Shown in pieces: positions 25,851 through 39,788 of a DNA stretch of 64,000 bases. Origin of the DNA: Octopus sinensis (taxonomy: Eukaryota); assembly GCF_006345805.1 (NCBI RefSeq), contig NC_043002.1, forward strand, positions 56,730,001 through 56,794,000, in the 5' to 3' direction. The position numbers and the translations under genes were made by a program. The notes beneath the pieces were generated by a model. It saw nothing but the letters and a program-made list of their open reading frames with translations. It was not told the origin of the DNA and made no database searches. The stretch's first letter is position 1. Each line of letters starts with the position of its first letter.

Positions 25851-28334
25851 TGACAGTCAATTCATTCTTTTTTGTTTAATGAACCTTTGGTACGCAAAAA
25901 CTGGATTTTCCCTTCAGTCTCAGAAAATGTATTGAAGAGACAATAATTTCTATATAGTCATGATCTGATTTTCATTAAGTCTGGACATTGATGTGTAACT
26001 CATACAAAACATGATTACAAAATATTGCCTGTATTGGCTTCGTTTTTTTTTTTTTACTTAGTATTTTTAAGAACAGAGTAGATATTTTCAGTTTCATGTC
26101 TTCCTTCCACGAACCTCACAACTCTTCAAAAAAGAATGAAAAAAGGATGTATTGAACACACAAAACTTTAAAATGATTTATAGCCATCACATTGTTTGCT
26201 TTTGTTACATCTGAGAGAGCCTTGTGGTTGGGCTGCACTCATGATCATGAAACGAACCAAGTGGTGTGTTGTGCTCTTGAGCAAAATACTTCATTTCATG
26301 TTACCCCAGTTCACTCAACTGCAAACGAGTAACTCTGCAATGGACTGGCACCCCATTCAGGAGGCTATGTTGTGATTTTGGTCACACACACACATTTCTT
26401 CAAAGCTTGGTGACTGCTCCTATGAGTCCTTGGGCTTGTAGACAGTAATGCCGGGGGGGGGGGGGGGCTTTACTTTTTTTTTTTACTCCTTAAGGGAAGG
26501 GGTACAGAATTAGTCTCTCTCTGATTTTGAACTCGCATTACTAAGACATTGAACTGTTCCTCTGGAAATTGTTGCTCTGGCTAATTAGCTTCTGCTCTAT
26601 GATAACAATTATGATTGTTTCTAATATAAACAGCAAGGTCTGAAATATCAGGGAAGGGGAATTGGTCAATAAAACTAACTCCATTGTTTGACTTGATCAA
26701 CCTTGAAAGGAAGGGAAGGCAAAGTGGAGTTGGAATGTAATGAATCAGAACAATTATTGCAATGCTTTACTGATTCAGCCAATCCACAACTAATTAGTGA
26801 CATTTGAACTTGGAGAATGCCAGAAGAAATGCTGCTAAGCACTGCTTAGCATTTTGTCTGGCATCCTCACAATTCTGTCAGCTTGACACCATAACAACAA
26901 CAACAACATAGAAACTAGTTTACAACAATAAGTTGTCAGGCTGTATACACTGATTGCTGTGGGTTTCCCAATGGTGATAGCATCTCAGTGGGGCAAAGGC
27001 ATGTTAGCCTTCCAAAGTCCTCTATATCAATGCATCAAGAAATGTGAACTATTGATGTAAAAATCTGGTTTTGTAAATAGGGGTTTCAATGTTGAATTGA
27101 GTAATAGAAATTGAAGAACTCTTTTACTTCCATTTATGATTCCAAGGAATGTCTTAAAACCTTAAATACACTCCTTTACAGGATGACTTGGATGTGTGTA
27201 CCTTAATGACTTCAGTGGTAGATGTACCCTGACCTGGGTAGTAGGTATATCTCATTGGTTCAGATAGTATGGCTCAGAGGGAATATGTAACTTCAGGTTG
27301 TATATTTACCCTTAATGACTCAGTGTATGTACCTTTAATGGCTCAGATGGCTTTTGTACTGGGGTGAGAGCATCAAAATGATTACAAAGTAATAACTGAC
27401 TTGTAACTTTGGTAGAAGAACGCACATTTGTTGTATGAGAAGGGGGTCTAACTGATTTAATAAACCCCAATACCTGATTGGTATACATTTTAACGATTCT
27501 GAAGTGATAAAAAGCAAAATTGTGATTATTCTTTTTGCTTACACATGAGACACTTTCTGTAAGAATGGATTTATGACAGAATCTCCATAAATGTGCATTT
27601 GTTGAAATTATTGAAAGAACCCATACATGGTTGCCTAGCCATCATCATCATCATTTAAGGTCCATTTTCCATGGTGGCACAGGTTGGATGGTTTGATCAG
27701 AGCTGGTAAGGCTGTGACCACCCCAGGCTCTGTTTGTTTTGGCATGGTTTCTATGGCTGGATGCCCTTCCTAATGCCAACCACTTCACAGAGAATACTGT
27801 GTGCTTTTTATTTTACATGGCACCAGCACTGAAGTTAAAGAGTGATGAGCTTATTGGATAATCTAGTCCCTAGATACATTTTGTTAATTGTTGTTTGTTC
27901 TGTAGATTTTGTTGGTATCCAACCAGAATTGTGTGTCTATATGTGTACATGCACACACATGTGGTTGCATATAAGAAAAAGCATTTCAAAAAATTTAATG
28001 GATGGATTTCCACAATTATTCCTTCCTCCTTGCATACACAGGTATGATGACAACACTAAGCGGACAAGTGTGTGTTTGTGTGCTGAAGAAGCTCAGAGAA
28101 TCACTGGTTAGCCATCAAAATTTGAATCAGTGATCTAGTTGTTTGTTGCTAATGGACTGTAGTTGTAGCTATGGCATGCAAGCAGGCTAGATAAAAAAAA
28201 AAAAAAAAAATCAATACGTACACTTCCCTCTCTCTCATAGTGAAATCTAGTTATTAGGTAAATAGAAACAAGCACGCGCACACACACATATGCACGAGTG
28301 TGTGTATGTGTGTGTTGGCAGTCCGACAAGATTT

Positions 28335-28371
<37 letters not shown>

Positions 28372-28649
28372 TCATATATTGAATTATTCAATTGTTTATA
28401 TGTCCCCCTTCCCTCAAATGACAATAATAATGCATGTGGTGAAAAATGGCAGTGTTGGACTAAATACTTTGCAGAGAATTTAGTTATGGGGATGTTGTGA
28501 GTTCAAATTCCACAGAGGTCTACTCTGCACTTCGTTTCCAGAGTAGCAAAAGGCACCAGCCAACTAACTAACTATGGAGGTTGATTAATTAAATTATATA
28601 CCCACTCCAAAACACAAGGCCTTCCTATGCAGTTAATAATAATAATAAT

Positions 28650-28902
28650 GGTTTCAAATTTTGGCACAAGGTCAGTAAGTTCGGGGGAAGGGGTTAAGTT
28701 GATTACTGGCACTTATTTTATTGACCCTGAATGAATGAGAGGAATAGTTGACTTTGGCGGAATTTGAACTCTGAATGTCGTGACGGATGAAATGCCACAA
28801 AGCATTTTGCCCAGCATGCTAACAATTCTGTCAGCTCAAGAATGATAATTTTTTTCTGTCTTATGATCTTACAATTCTGACAGCTTGCCATCTTAATGTA
28901 AC

Positions 28903-28934
<32 letters not shown>

Positions 28935-29143
28935 CACAAATTTTGGCACAAGGCCAGCAATTTCAGGAGAGGGGTAAGTCGATTACATTGGCCCTGGTAT
29001 TCAGTTGGTACTTATTTTATTGATCCCAGGAGGATGAAAGGCAAAGTCGACCTTGGTGGAATTTGAACTTGGAACATAAAGACAGACAAAATGTTTTGCA
29101 GCATTTTGTCTGGTGTGCTAACGATTCTGTCAGCTCCCACCTT
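28650..29143 (-). mobile_element. Tandem SINE family B copies separated by (AAT)n
   Basis: Two reverse copies starting AATTTTGGCACAAGG and ending ...TCTGTCAGCT. Confidence 0.85.
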
Positions 29144-29885
29144 AATAATGATAATTATATAAAAGAAATTATCATTCTTCTTGTTGTTGATGACAGGTGA
29201 GTTGGTGCTAACTGTAAAATGGTCTTACTCCAATGCTAGCAACTTTTGTGTTTTTCCATTGCCAATAATCTAGGAACCAGTGATATACTCGTACCAAATC
29301 AATCAAATTTATATCACTTCTCTGCAAAAATTGGCCTTCTGCCTAGCCAAAAGAAGAAAAAAAAAAAATCACTATCATTGTTGCTCATCATCATCAGCTT
29401 CCTCCTCTTCATCAAAGGCTATGCAAATAAATGGAAGTAAGGGTTGAATGGAGTATTTCAGAATTTAATAACAACTAGTAAAATAAAATATAATATTTCC
29501 TATTTTCTCCTTCCATAATAACTACACTGTTATATTTTGACACAAATGGTGATTGTTAATGCATATTGGCTGTTGCTATAGTTACTGAATGTCTAGCTGT
29601 GACCTAGATATTAATGCCTTCTAAACCCTGCTTCTTTCCCACCCACCCCTGTTAATGCAGGCCAATAGACACACTGGCACTGCCCTTCTCCTTCGTTTAA
29701 ATTTGCGTCGTTATTTGTCTCTGAGTTTTATCTACTAGAGACAAACTTGCACATGTGGATTCTTACACATATGGGCACAGACAGATTTCTACTTTGAAGT
29801 GTGTGTGTGTTGTCTTACCCTTGTCATGTACTTATTAGTTTTCCTTCATGATATACAAATCTGATGTACTTCATCATCATCATGT

Positions 29886-30215
29886 ACTTCATCATCATCA
29901 TTTAACGTCTATTTTTCATGCTAGCATGGGTTGGATAGTTTAACTGGGGTCTGGGAAGTCAGGAGGCTGCACCAGACCCCAATCTGATCTGGCAGTGTTT
30001 CTCCAGCTGGACACCCTTCCTAATGCCAACCACTCTATGAGTGCAGTGGGTGCTTTTTACGTGCCACCAGCACAAGGGTCACAACTACAATTTCCATTTG
30101 ATTTGATTTTGATGTACTTGACTCAATAGGTCTCCTCAGGTACGGCATGTCGCCCTACAATCCAAGGTACTTTTGAGTGGGATGGTTATGTGATGCTGGT
30201 ATAGGTTACAGCTAT
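29886..30215 (-). mobile_element. RTE LINE 3' UTR fragment
   Basis: Colinear with 62062-62470. Confidence 0.8.
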
Positions 30216-30224
30216 GAATATATA

Positions 30225-30592
30225 TCTCTCTCTATATAAACGGCAGTTTGTCTGTGCGTGTTTCTGTGTGTCTGTTTTCTCGTACCCTCACCCTGACCAC
30301 GGCTTTCAACCGATTCTGATGAAACTTGACACACACATAGCCCAATGTCATAATTCAAAACTAACGCAGCGAAAATTTTGAAAAGTTCCCCCAGTTCTGA
30401 AAAAAATCGATAAATTCGACATGGGGTCGAGAATCAGAAACACAAACCGCAAACTGTCTAGGGGACGCAACTCCACCTTTTTTAACTAAAAAAAAATTTA
30501 CCATCATTTTTTTCCATCTTTTGGCTATTTTTTGGCTATAACTCTCTAAAAATGCTTTATAGTTATTTCCCTTACAAACCTGAGCAACGCCG
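30225..30592 (+). mobile_element. Non-autonomous Helitron-like element, 3' end lost
   Basis: Starts TCTCTCTATATAAA then GTTTGTCTGT..., CAACCGATTCTGATGAAACTTGACAC, ends CCTGAGCAACGCCG (half of the usual terminal hairpin); CpG-rich relative to flanks. Confidence 0.6.
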
Positions 30593-30859
30593 TGATAGCT
30601 TGAAATGAGGGAATATTTTACCAATCTTTTCTAGTAATCTGTTAGGGCTTTTGTTAGTTTTGAAAACATGGTTCTAGGACACTGGATGCAGCATGGAAGT
30701 CTAGGAAGTGACATGTCATTAAACTAAAGAGAAAAAGTAGAAAATACATGAAGTATTTGTTAGCCGGATGACATGGTTGGGAGAGAAATTGTGGTGAGTA
30801 AGGCTGGAAGGAAGAAGGGTAATTAAAAGCAGAGAAGAGAGAATAATATGCCAGAAAGA

Positions 30860-31088
30860 AGGCAGTGAGCTGGCAGAACCGTTACCATGCCAGGCAAAAT
30901 GCTTTGTGGCATTTCATTTGTCTTTGCATTCTGGGTTTAAATTCTACCAATGTCGACTTTGCTTTCATCTTTTGTTTTTTTTGGGGTGGGGGGTCAATAA
31001 AATAAGCAGCAGCTAAGTACTGAGAATAATGTAATCAACTTACCCCCCAAAAAAAACTTACTGGCCTTGTGCCAAAATTTGAAACCAA
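30860..31088 (+). mobile_element. SINE family B
   Basis: GGCAGTGAGCTGGCAGAACCGTTA ... GGCCTTGTGCCAAAATTTGAAACC. Confidence 0.85.
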
Positions 31089-32174
31089 AATTATGCCAGG
31101 AAGAAACAAAGGCCTAGTGAAGAAAATTTGACATCTTTCTGAATAACAATGAATGAAATCCAATCTTAAATTTGATTCACAGAACGAAAGGTGAAAAATC
31201 AGAAAATTACTAGAATAAATGCAAAATACGATAATCTTTTGTTTAGGACATGGAAAACCATCAAGAATTTGTGTTTATCCCAAAGAATTAATTTCCTTGA
31301 GATAAATACCTTTTTGTCCAAACTTAGGAGCCAGGTCCCTTAATGTGCATTGTTAAAATCATGGTTTCTGAAACATTCTTATGAATAGTGGGAAAATTTG
31401 GTTACCAATCTAGCATTGGAACTGAAATAATTGGGGTTGATGGTGAAAATGTCATTGATCTTGTCATCAATTTTTGAACCTATATTATTGGGAGGTAGGG
31501 TTCTTGCAAATGAATGTAGTTCATTGACAAAAATTTGGTCAGTTAAACAAACTGTCAACTGAGAACTTAGTAATCACAACTAATATACCATTTGTTGATC
31601 TTTAAAAGAAAAGTTTGATCTTTTTTTTTTTTTTTTTAAAAAAAGCACCCCAGAAGTTTGGACATAAGAGCAGGTGATAAAAACTTTCATGTAAATTGTG
31701 TTTGATTTTTATTTTAGATCAAACCACAATTATACTTGGTTATGAGTTTAATGTGAACTTTGATGTACATCAACACCCCTCATCTCTCTCATGTTGTAAT
31801 GAAAGAGTCACAAGAGATTGATATCTTCATGGAAAGAACTTAAATCAAATGGTAAGCTAATTCAGTGGCCATTTGGAAGAATGGATTGTAATCTGAGAAC
31901 CTTTTGATCAATAAATTTAACATGAAAATGCTGTTCCATAGCTGTTGAATTGGGGTCAAAAGACATGAGAAAATAACCATATCAAAGGTGTTGTGGAAGC
32001 TGGTGAAGTCACTCCTGTAAACTAGTTAGCACATGACGAGGATTAGCTGTGTCAAGATCCCGTCAGTCCATTTGATGTTGAAGAGGTTGTTAGATAGAAA
32101 AGACTACACTGACAAAAAGTCACTTTTAGGGAAGAGAGAAGGTGACCCAAGAATGTACCCATTTTCCAAGAGAA

Positions 32175-32351
32175 TGAAACCTTTAGAAATATTGAAATTG
32201 ATGTCAACTGTGAAACTATTAGAAATATTGAAATTGATGTCAACTGTGAAACTATTAGAAATATTGAAATTGATGTCAACTGTGAAACTATTAGAAATAT
32301 TGAAATTGATGTCAACTGTGAAACTATTAGAAATATTAAAACTGATCTCAA
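32175..32351. repeat. 36-bp minisatellite, about 4.9 copies
   Basis: Unit TGAAACTATTAGAAATATTGAAATTGATGTCAACTG starting at 32175, 32211, 32247, 32283, 32319. Confidence 0.95.
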
Positions 32352-32859
32352 TATTGATGTTGAAGCAAAACCAAGAAGAACTGAGAGGGCAGAAAAATGT
32401 GCTATGACTGGTACCTTCATCAAGTACATTTAGGGAACAACATTGAAATCAATAACTCTCTGCAGCCTACAGTTTGCCCTTCTACTACTTTTCCCTTGTC
32501 TTCCGCTTGTTCTTTTCACCCCCACCCTCAGTCCCTCCTCTTATTGTTTAATAAGAATACAGTTAAAGAATCTGTGAGATTTCCTGTTGATTATGGAGAT
32601 GTTTTATCACTTCACACAAGTTTTACATTCAATTGATTATCTTTTCACCTGGTAGATATTACTTTCTGAGCACCAGCTGATTCACCATCTTCCACACCAA
32701 CTTGCAATGAACCAATAACATAAAGCCTTTATCTTTTGTTGATAGTGATTAGCTTACAGGGTTTTTAACCTTCCACCTCCACAGGTGGGTTTCCAGTCCT
32801 GTAACTTGGAGCACCAGTCAAAGCCTTTGTCTTATGGAGTACATTGATCTGGTAGTGAT

Positions 32860-33095
32860 CATCCAATGACCCTTGTGGGGTCCATATAGCATTTTGTTAA
32901 AATTTATGGGCCACAAATTGGTTATTCTTCTACAATACATAAAATATTTTAACAATTTTTGAGACAATTCCTAATAATATTTAATTACAAGAATATAATG
33001 GGATTTTTTAAAACATCAAATGGTTACAGGGGATCCAGTAGAGTAAAACAAGAATTAAAGAAGTATGTTGGTTAGAAAATGGTTAAGAAACACTG
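32860..33095. mobile_element. hAT-type MITE, left end eroded
   Basis: Body matches 21150-21405; right end GGTTAAGAAACACTG|TTCTAAAG. Confidence 0.7.
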
Positions 33096-34149
33096 TTCTA
33101 AAGCTATGTAATGATTTCTCAATTTATCAAGGATAAATTCATATTAAAATTAAGACAATAGCACTTCTTTTTTTTTTTTCATTCAGGCACTTTGACACAT
33201 TGATTTATTATTTATTATTATTATTACTAGTGGGCTGAAGCAGCAAGAGTTAAGTATCTTGATTGCAGACAGCTGGATGTATGCAATCAACTTTTCAAAT
33301 TGTAGACAAGTACCTTAACCTTATCCCTAACATCATAGCTAACAACTGCTGCTCTGTTACTCAATAATAAGTCATAACTTTGGAACTGTTTTAAATTGTT
33401 TTACTATTTAATCTCATTACACAGCTATTAAGCTAACTTCACCTGTTCTGAATACAGAATTGTGATAGATAAATTCGATATAAATAGCTGAAAGTTACCT
33501 TATCTTTACGTGTTTGTACATATGTTGATAAAATCTCTTGGCTAAATCAATCTGTCAATGAACTTAACTGCCCACTCTCTCATTAACTACTTCTCTCATT
33601 TAATGTTTATAAAAACAGTTAATAAGATATTATTAAGTGATGCAGGGTTTAGTTTTAAATGGGTTAGAATAAGATTTTGAGGTGATCATTAAACATCATA
33701 CACTTAGGAAAGTAGCCAAGCATTTATTACATGTATTAAGCATGTTTTAATATCCACCATATGTGGGGTGGCTGAAGAGATAGAACATTAGTTTTATTCA
33801 CCCAATTTGATTATTTTTTTTCAAGTAACTTTATTTCTTCAACTGCTTTTGTATCTATTTTTCCTTCTTATATTTTCATTAAAAGTCCAGAAAGTTAACA
33901 TAACTTGCGGTTTTTTTTCTTTTATAGTTTCTAACAACCATGACTTTATCATTAGGATTATTTTCAACCAGTATTACATCACTATCACTTGTTATGGTAT
34001 TAAACCTTTTGTTACCATACTTTTTACCATATTCAAATACATTGAGTTGCATTTAATTATGAAAAGGGTGACCAATTTAGTGAATGAAGTTACTTCACTA
34101 AATTGGTCACTTATCATGTGTATCTTCATTTTTCTTAAACTCCTGCACA

Positions 34150-34497
34150 CTCATGTTGTTAATCTGGTATTTGGAACATAAATTAACTTGCAGTTTTGAT
34201 GATGGAGGGTTATAATTTAGATCATTTTAATGCTTTAGCATTTAAATTATTCTGTCAAACATAATGCTTATTTATTCATTTTGTTTTAAATTAATCGTAG
34301 TTTGAGATTTCAATGAAATAATTATTTTTAGAATGTCATTGTCGGGTGAGTGCGAGAAGCCAGATCTGGTCAGTTTGACTATAAAACAAAATATTTTGGC
34401 CAGATATGGCTGGTTTAAATACTAAGGGGTTAAGACCAGAAGTTTGCATTATAAAACCAGGGCTGGATTCGGGCATTTTGATATCAAACGGCTTGAT
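34150..34497. mobile_element. piggyBac-derived MITE fragment with nested TTAA MITE (about 34231-34429)
   Basis: TTAA-TGCTTTAGCATTTAAA ... TTTAAATACTAAGGGG-TTAA interrupts host consensus TTTAGATCATTTTAA|GACCAGAAGTTTG. Confidence 0.7.
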
Positions 34498-35484
34498 GAA
34501 GTAAAACATCCTGAAATGATGATATACTAAACTTAAGTCTTATTTTAAAATGTATGATGTCTGTTCAGAAAGAAGTATAAGTTTTATAAATGGCAAAAGT
34601 GTGTAAAAGGTAGGAATGATATAAAAGTTTAAATTGCAATAAACTGCATCCACATTTGTTGACAGGTGTACCCAACACCTGAAACAAATATTGTTACACG
34701 GATATTTTTAACTGCAATAATTGTTTATTTTTATAAAGTGCGAAAGTATGTGGCCTGGTGATTAGGATGTGGGACTCAGGATCACAAAGTCAAGGGTTTG
34801 GTTTTAGGACTGGGTGACGTATTGTGTCTATGAGTAAAGGAGATAATTTCAGATTGCTCCAGTCCTAGCTGAAAATTATTGCCACCTGGTTGTTGGTGCA
34901 ACTCTCTTACCCTCTAGCTATTACATCCTTGATGCTGCACTGAGTTAATGGATAGAGATGTATGTAGAGGTGTCCATGTCAGCTTACAACTACATAGGCC
35001 CTTAAATTAGTGAAACTATAGTACAAGATACCAGAATGTACTTGCTTGCAAGTGACATCTAAACTTATCATGTGGATTTTCATTTTTCTTAAACTCCTGC
35101 ACACTCATGTTGTTTTTAAACATTGTAAACACCTCTTCCTTCCCTTCATTCTCAACATTTTCACTATGTAATTCATTTAAATATTTGCTCTTTCTAGCTA
35201 CACTTACTCCAGTGCTTGTTGAATTTCTGTCTTACAGCACTTGAACTGTTCTTCGCATCACAGTATTTTCCTTCTGTCCATTGTTTCATCCTAACTCATC
35301 CAATATAGGATGTGTTTCCCTCCCTTCATTTTAGCATTTGCTGTTTCTATTCTCATCCATCATGGTGTTTACCTTGTTCCAGCCCTCAACTTCGTCTTGC
35401 TTATCCCATATTTTATGCAGCTACATCTCTTTGCAGGTAGCACTATACCTCCTCACATGGCATTTGCACTGTTTCAATATCTAC

Positions 35485-35598
35485 TCTTTCCAATTTGCCC
35501 AGCACTGTCTCTGTATCTTCTCTTTCCAACTTGCTCAGCACTGTCTCTGTATCTTCTCTTTCCAACTTGCTCAGCACTGTCTCTGTATCTTCTCTTTC
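35485..35598. repeat. 36-bp minisatellite, about 3.2 copies
   Basis: Unit TCTTTCCAACTTGCTCAGCACTGTCTCTGTATCTTC. Confidence 0.95.
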
Positions 35599-36439
35599 AT
35601 CTGCTCTGCTATTTTTTGTCCTATTTCTTACTTAGTTTTTTGTCATGTACCATGTCCCCCAGGCTTTTCACTTATTCTTCTCTGTTTTACTACCTGACAT
35701 GGTGTCACTTGTTTTGGCATTTTCTTCTGTTTGTCCTAACTATAATCTCACTCATTCTGTCCTTTCCTTACAAAACCCATTATTTCACAGATGGTTACAT
35801 TTTGACCCTGTAGCATTGATTGCATCATACTTGCCAGCTAACTGAGTTTTTTCTACAACTGCCATTACACTGTTTATAACAACATGACACGCATCAGTAG
35901 ATTTATACAAACTTTGTAACATGGATGACAAAATATTAATGCAGATTAAAAAAAAAAATTTTTGTCTGTGTCGCATTTCCTTTAAAATTACAAATCCAGT
36001 TTGTGAAAGAAAGTGTGAGAGTGGAGATAATTTAATTTAGAGATAAACAACTGATCTGAAGACATGGATAAGGATTATAATAATACAAACCCACCAGTGC
36101 TCTAGCTCTATTCTCTTTTATATTCACCTTGTACCTTGTGGGGTACATCCTCACCAGCTAGGGAACCTGTGAATCTCTCATCATCTGTTATAAAGCCACC
36201 TCCTTGAATATTACACTCCCATTCACTCAAAGGGTTTCGCCTTATGAGTTACTTGGTGACTTCACTAACCCTGGGTCCACAAAAAGAAAGAGAAAAAAAA
36301 AAGCACTCAATACACTCTATGGAGTGGTTGGCATTAGGGAGGGTTTCCACTTGTAGGAACTATGCCAAAGCTGACATTGGAGCTTGGTACAGTCTGCTGA
36401 CTCATCAGTTGCTCTTCCAGCATGGAAAACAAACATTAA

Positions 36440-36670
36440 CCCTTTTGTTACCATATTTCTGTTGAGATGTTCTGCGTTTCTTTCAATTAATTCTAAATAT
36501 AACAAAGAATTTACTAAAATAACTTAGTTATCGTGAATGGTTGAAAGCTAGTGTTAGGAACATAAATTGTGACTAAGGTTTGGTGGAAGATTTTAATTCA
36601 GAACTTATGAAAACGAGACATTTGTACAACAGAGCCAGATGCAGTTGCAGCCACGTTGGTATCAAAAGGG
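36440..36670. mobile_element. piggyBac-derived MITE inserted in the TTAA of an RTE-type tail
   Basis: TTAA|CCCTTTTGTTACC ... GGTATCAAAAGGG|TTAA; flanks rebuild CATGGAAAACAAACA-TTAA-ACTGTGATAATGATGA. Confidence 0.85.
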
Positions 36671-37505
36671 TTAAACTGTGATAATGATGAAATCAAATAT
36701 ATTTAGTAAAATGAAAGGATCAAGTGCTCCACTCCTAGTTTCTTTTAATCACTTTTCCACTGTATTGTTATTTATGTCATGTTTTATAATCTGAGTTCAA
36801 ATCCCACTAGCCTTGAGTTTGCCAAATAAATCTGTGGCCTTTTTCTTTTTTTTTTTTGTCTTATTTCTTTAACTATAAGAACACATCATTACATTCTCAT
36901 AAGCTGTCACCTGCTCTGCTACACTTGGTTACCTTTCATGAAAGCTTTACCAATGAACTTGCCTTCTAGCTAGATTCATGCATCCATTGATGCCCACCAT
37001 TTTCATTATCACTGCCTTTGAAATGGTTCTTTATGAATGTAGTACCAATTAAGGTTTTTGGGGTTTACAGCTAATTTACCATGTTTTGTGGTTGTTGTTG
37101 TTATGTCACTGGAGCCCTAATCAAGTAACCCTATGATTAGAGTTACCCCAAGATTACAATATTGAATGTGTTCTTTTGTTGAGAAAATGGTAGAGTGTGA
37201 TCCGAGGTGATGATTTATTTTACCTTTCAGATGTTGCCATTAATGTTCTATCATGTAAGAAGGTTTTTGCATCAAGTGCTTGCTGTTCCCATTTTTGGGG
37301 AATTTGGTGTTAAATTTATAGCTTTAGTATGCTGTCCTTATTTATTCTGGTCTTCCAGGGTTTTTTAATCTTACCCAGAAATTATTGATGCAAATCTTGT
37401 AGATTTAATCATCTTTTACCTTCCTTATAGACCATGTTATGATTGGAATAAATTCTTGTCTTTTATTGGAAGGGATCATGGTGTATAATAATAATAATAG
37501 TAATA

Positions 37506-37919
37506 ATCCTTTCTACTGTAGGCACAAGGCCTGAAACTTATGGGGAAAGGAGCTAATCAATTACATCAACCTCAGTACTTCACACTGGTACTTTATTTCA
37601 TTGACCTAGAAAGGGTGAAAAGCAAAGTTGACCTCAGCAGCATTTGAACTCAGATGATGAAATGCTGCTAAGTATTTTGGCTAGCAGATTAAGGATTCTG
37701 CCAGTTCACTGCCATTTATAATGGTTTCAAATTTTGGCTCAAGGCCAGCAATTTTGAGAGTTGGGGACGGAGCTTAATACTTATTGATCCCAGCACTTTG
37801 ATTAGTGCTTCATTTTATTGACCCTGAAAAGATGAAAAACAACGTTTCAACTTAGAATGTAAAGAGCTCAAAGAAATGCCCTTAAGCGATTTGTTCAATG
37901 CTCTAATACTTCTGCCACC

Positions 37920-37920
<1 letters not shown>
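37506..37920 (-). mobile_element. Two tandem SINE family B copies
   Basis: Reverse copies bounded by (AAT)n tracts. Confidence 0.8.
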
Positions 37921-37952
<32 letters not shown>

Positions 37953-37959
37953 CAACAGT

Positions 37960-38323
37960 AACAAGAGCATTCAGAGAGTGCAAACCTCCACCGAGGCAAC
38001 ACCAACATCTTCTCAACGATTAGCCAGAGATGATTTTTAAAATGAGAATATCTGAAATAAACACAACTGCTCTCACAAACAAGAATATTAAAAATGTACC
38101 CAACCACTCTCAAAAATTAAGTAAAAAAAACAGGAAAAATAATCCAGAATCCTTGTCCGGTACCAGATTGATCCTAAAATCTAATCAGTTTGTGCCAGTC
38201 ATGAAGCCAAACATCCCTGAAAGTTTCATCTGACTCCATCCAGCAGTTCTTGATATATCTTGTCCACGGACAAACAAATATGACTGTAAACAATACCACT
38301 GCTTTCGCTAAGGTGGAGGTAAT
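37960..38323 (-). mobile_element. Helentron-associated (HINE/DINE-1-like) non-autonomous element
   Basis: Minus strand: 5' ATTACCTCCACC subterminal IR, 3' GGTGGAGGT partner followed by the short hairpin GCACTCTCTGAATGC; T-rich flanks, no TSD. Confidence 0.7.
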
Positions 38324-38667
38324 AAATGTTATTATCACTTCATAAGTTGAATAACATATTTTAGGTATATTTGCTGCACACTTCCTGCAGAGTTGACACA
38401 GTTGCTAATTCTCATTAAGAATCTCAGTTCTTATGGCAATTCTTAACTGATGGGGATTAAAAATTATTGTTTCTGTTAAAATAGCCCTCCAGGGATTTTA
38501 AAAAATAAGTCATTGCACCAACCAATTTTACTTAGTTGATTAAAATCTTTTTTAGATCTTTAGGAAAGAGGGATGGAGTTGAGTTTCACAACTCTTTGTT
38601 TCAGTTTTTTTTTTTTTGTGGGAGGGGCGAAATTATTCAAGTCATTTGTAATATTAACTTGCTTAAA

Positions 38668-38862
38668 GTTGGCAAGCTGGCAGAATCTTTAGCATTCTGG
38701 GGGGAATGTTTAGTGGTGTTTCGCCCAAATTCCACCAAGGTTGACTTTGCCTTCCATCCTTTTGGGGTTGATAAAATAAGTACCTGTTGAGTACTGGAGT
38801 TGATGTAATTGACTTACCCCATCCCCCAAAATTGCTAGACTTATGCCAAAAATTGAAACCAG
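38668..38862 (+). mobile_element. SINE family B
   Basis: Head GGCAAGCTGGCAGAATC, core GGTTGACTTTGCCTTCCATCC, tail GCCAAAATTGAAACC. Confidence 0.8.
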
Positions 38863-38969
38863 TAAGATATCTTATGAAGAAAAAAAAGAAAAGAAAAGGA
38901 ATGAAATGTCTAAGTGTTTTTATAGTTAATCATGGTCCATTTCACTGTTTTGTAATAAATGAATTTTAA

Positions 38970-39138
38970 CCCTTTTGATACTAAACCACCTGAGACTGTC
39001 CTTGCTTCTATGATATAAAGATACAAACCTCTTGTTTTCAAAGTGATCTCAATTAAAACCTTCCATCAAAATTTCAATTTATGTTTGTTTTAAACACCTA
39101 AACAAGAATATTTCAGCAGAAATAGGGCAACAAAATGG
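38970..39138. mobile_element. piggyBac-derived MITE
   Basis: TTAA|CCCTTTTGATAC ... GGCAACAAAATGG|TTAA. Confidence 0.75.
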
Positions 39139-39398
39139 TTAATTATAGTTCTGTTTACAGTCTTGTTATAAGTTTGTGGTATTCATAGCATTGAATGGAT
39201 GCCACAAGTGTTAGTTTTCTTTCAGTGGTATCAGGTATGTTTTAAAAAATAGAATAATTTTTAATTCTAACACTGGAAGATTTTGTATTCAAATTGATAA
39301 AATGTCAACACAGTTGAGTTAAAAAAATATTCATTATATTGTATTCTGGTCTTGACCCCCATTCCACTTCAGGTAATTAAAGAGAAGATACTTGATCT

Positions 39399-39788
39399 GT
39401 TTATTACTATATTTCCATTGAAATACACTGTCATTGTTTTAATTAATTTAGTCAAATAATCTTGTCATTACTAAACTAGTATTTAGAGCATAAATTAACA
39501 TGAAAATTTGGTGGAAGGTTTTAATTTAGATTGCATTAAAATATGGAGTTTCTATCATAAAACTAGGGATGGTCACAGCTGGGTTGGCATCAAAAGAGTT
39601 AATTCTTTTGTGAGCATGTTTCTACTGAAATACATTGCCTTTGTTTCAATTAATTCTGAAAATAATAAAAAATTTGATATTGTCATTATTAAATTGGTAT
39701 TTGGAACATAAACAAACGCATAATTTTGATGGAAGTTTGTATTATAGAACCTGGGGTGGTTTCAGGTGAGTCGATATCAAAAGGGTTA
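39399..39788. mobile_element. Tandem pair of piggyBac-derived MITEs sharing a TTAA
   Basis: First ends GGCATCAAAAGAG|TTAA (about 39602), second ends GATATCAAAAGGG|TTAA. Confidence 0.7.

Noticed and set aside
30310-30335. CTGATGAAAC as a hammerhead core
   Set aside because: No stem II or separate GAAA-stem III-UH; it is a common internal motif of Helitron-like repeats. CTGANGA hits near 4146, 14896, 20373 and 28083 also lack the downstream structure
31720-31851. Segment bounded by TTTTAG and G|GTAAGC as a coding exon
   Set aside because: No recognisable protein and such splice-like pairs are frequent by chance; needs transcript evidence
32175-32351. 36-bp repeats as a CRISPR array
   Set aside because: Units are directly adjacent with no unique spacers, there are no cas genes, and the context is eukaryotic
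33807-34181. 124-aa hydrophobic ORF
   Set aside because: T-rich low-complexity sequence running into a MITE; no domain
35310-35813. 167-aa hydrophobic ORF as a membrane protein
   Set aside because: T/C-rich composition plus a 36-bp minisatellite explains the open frame; no recognisable domain
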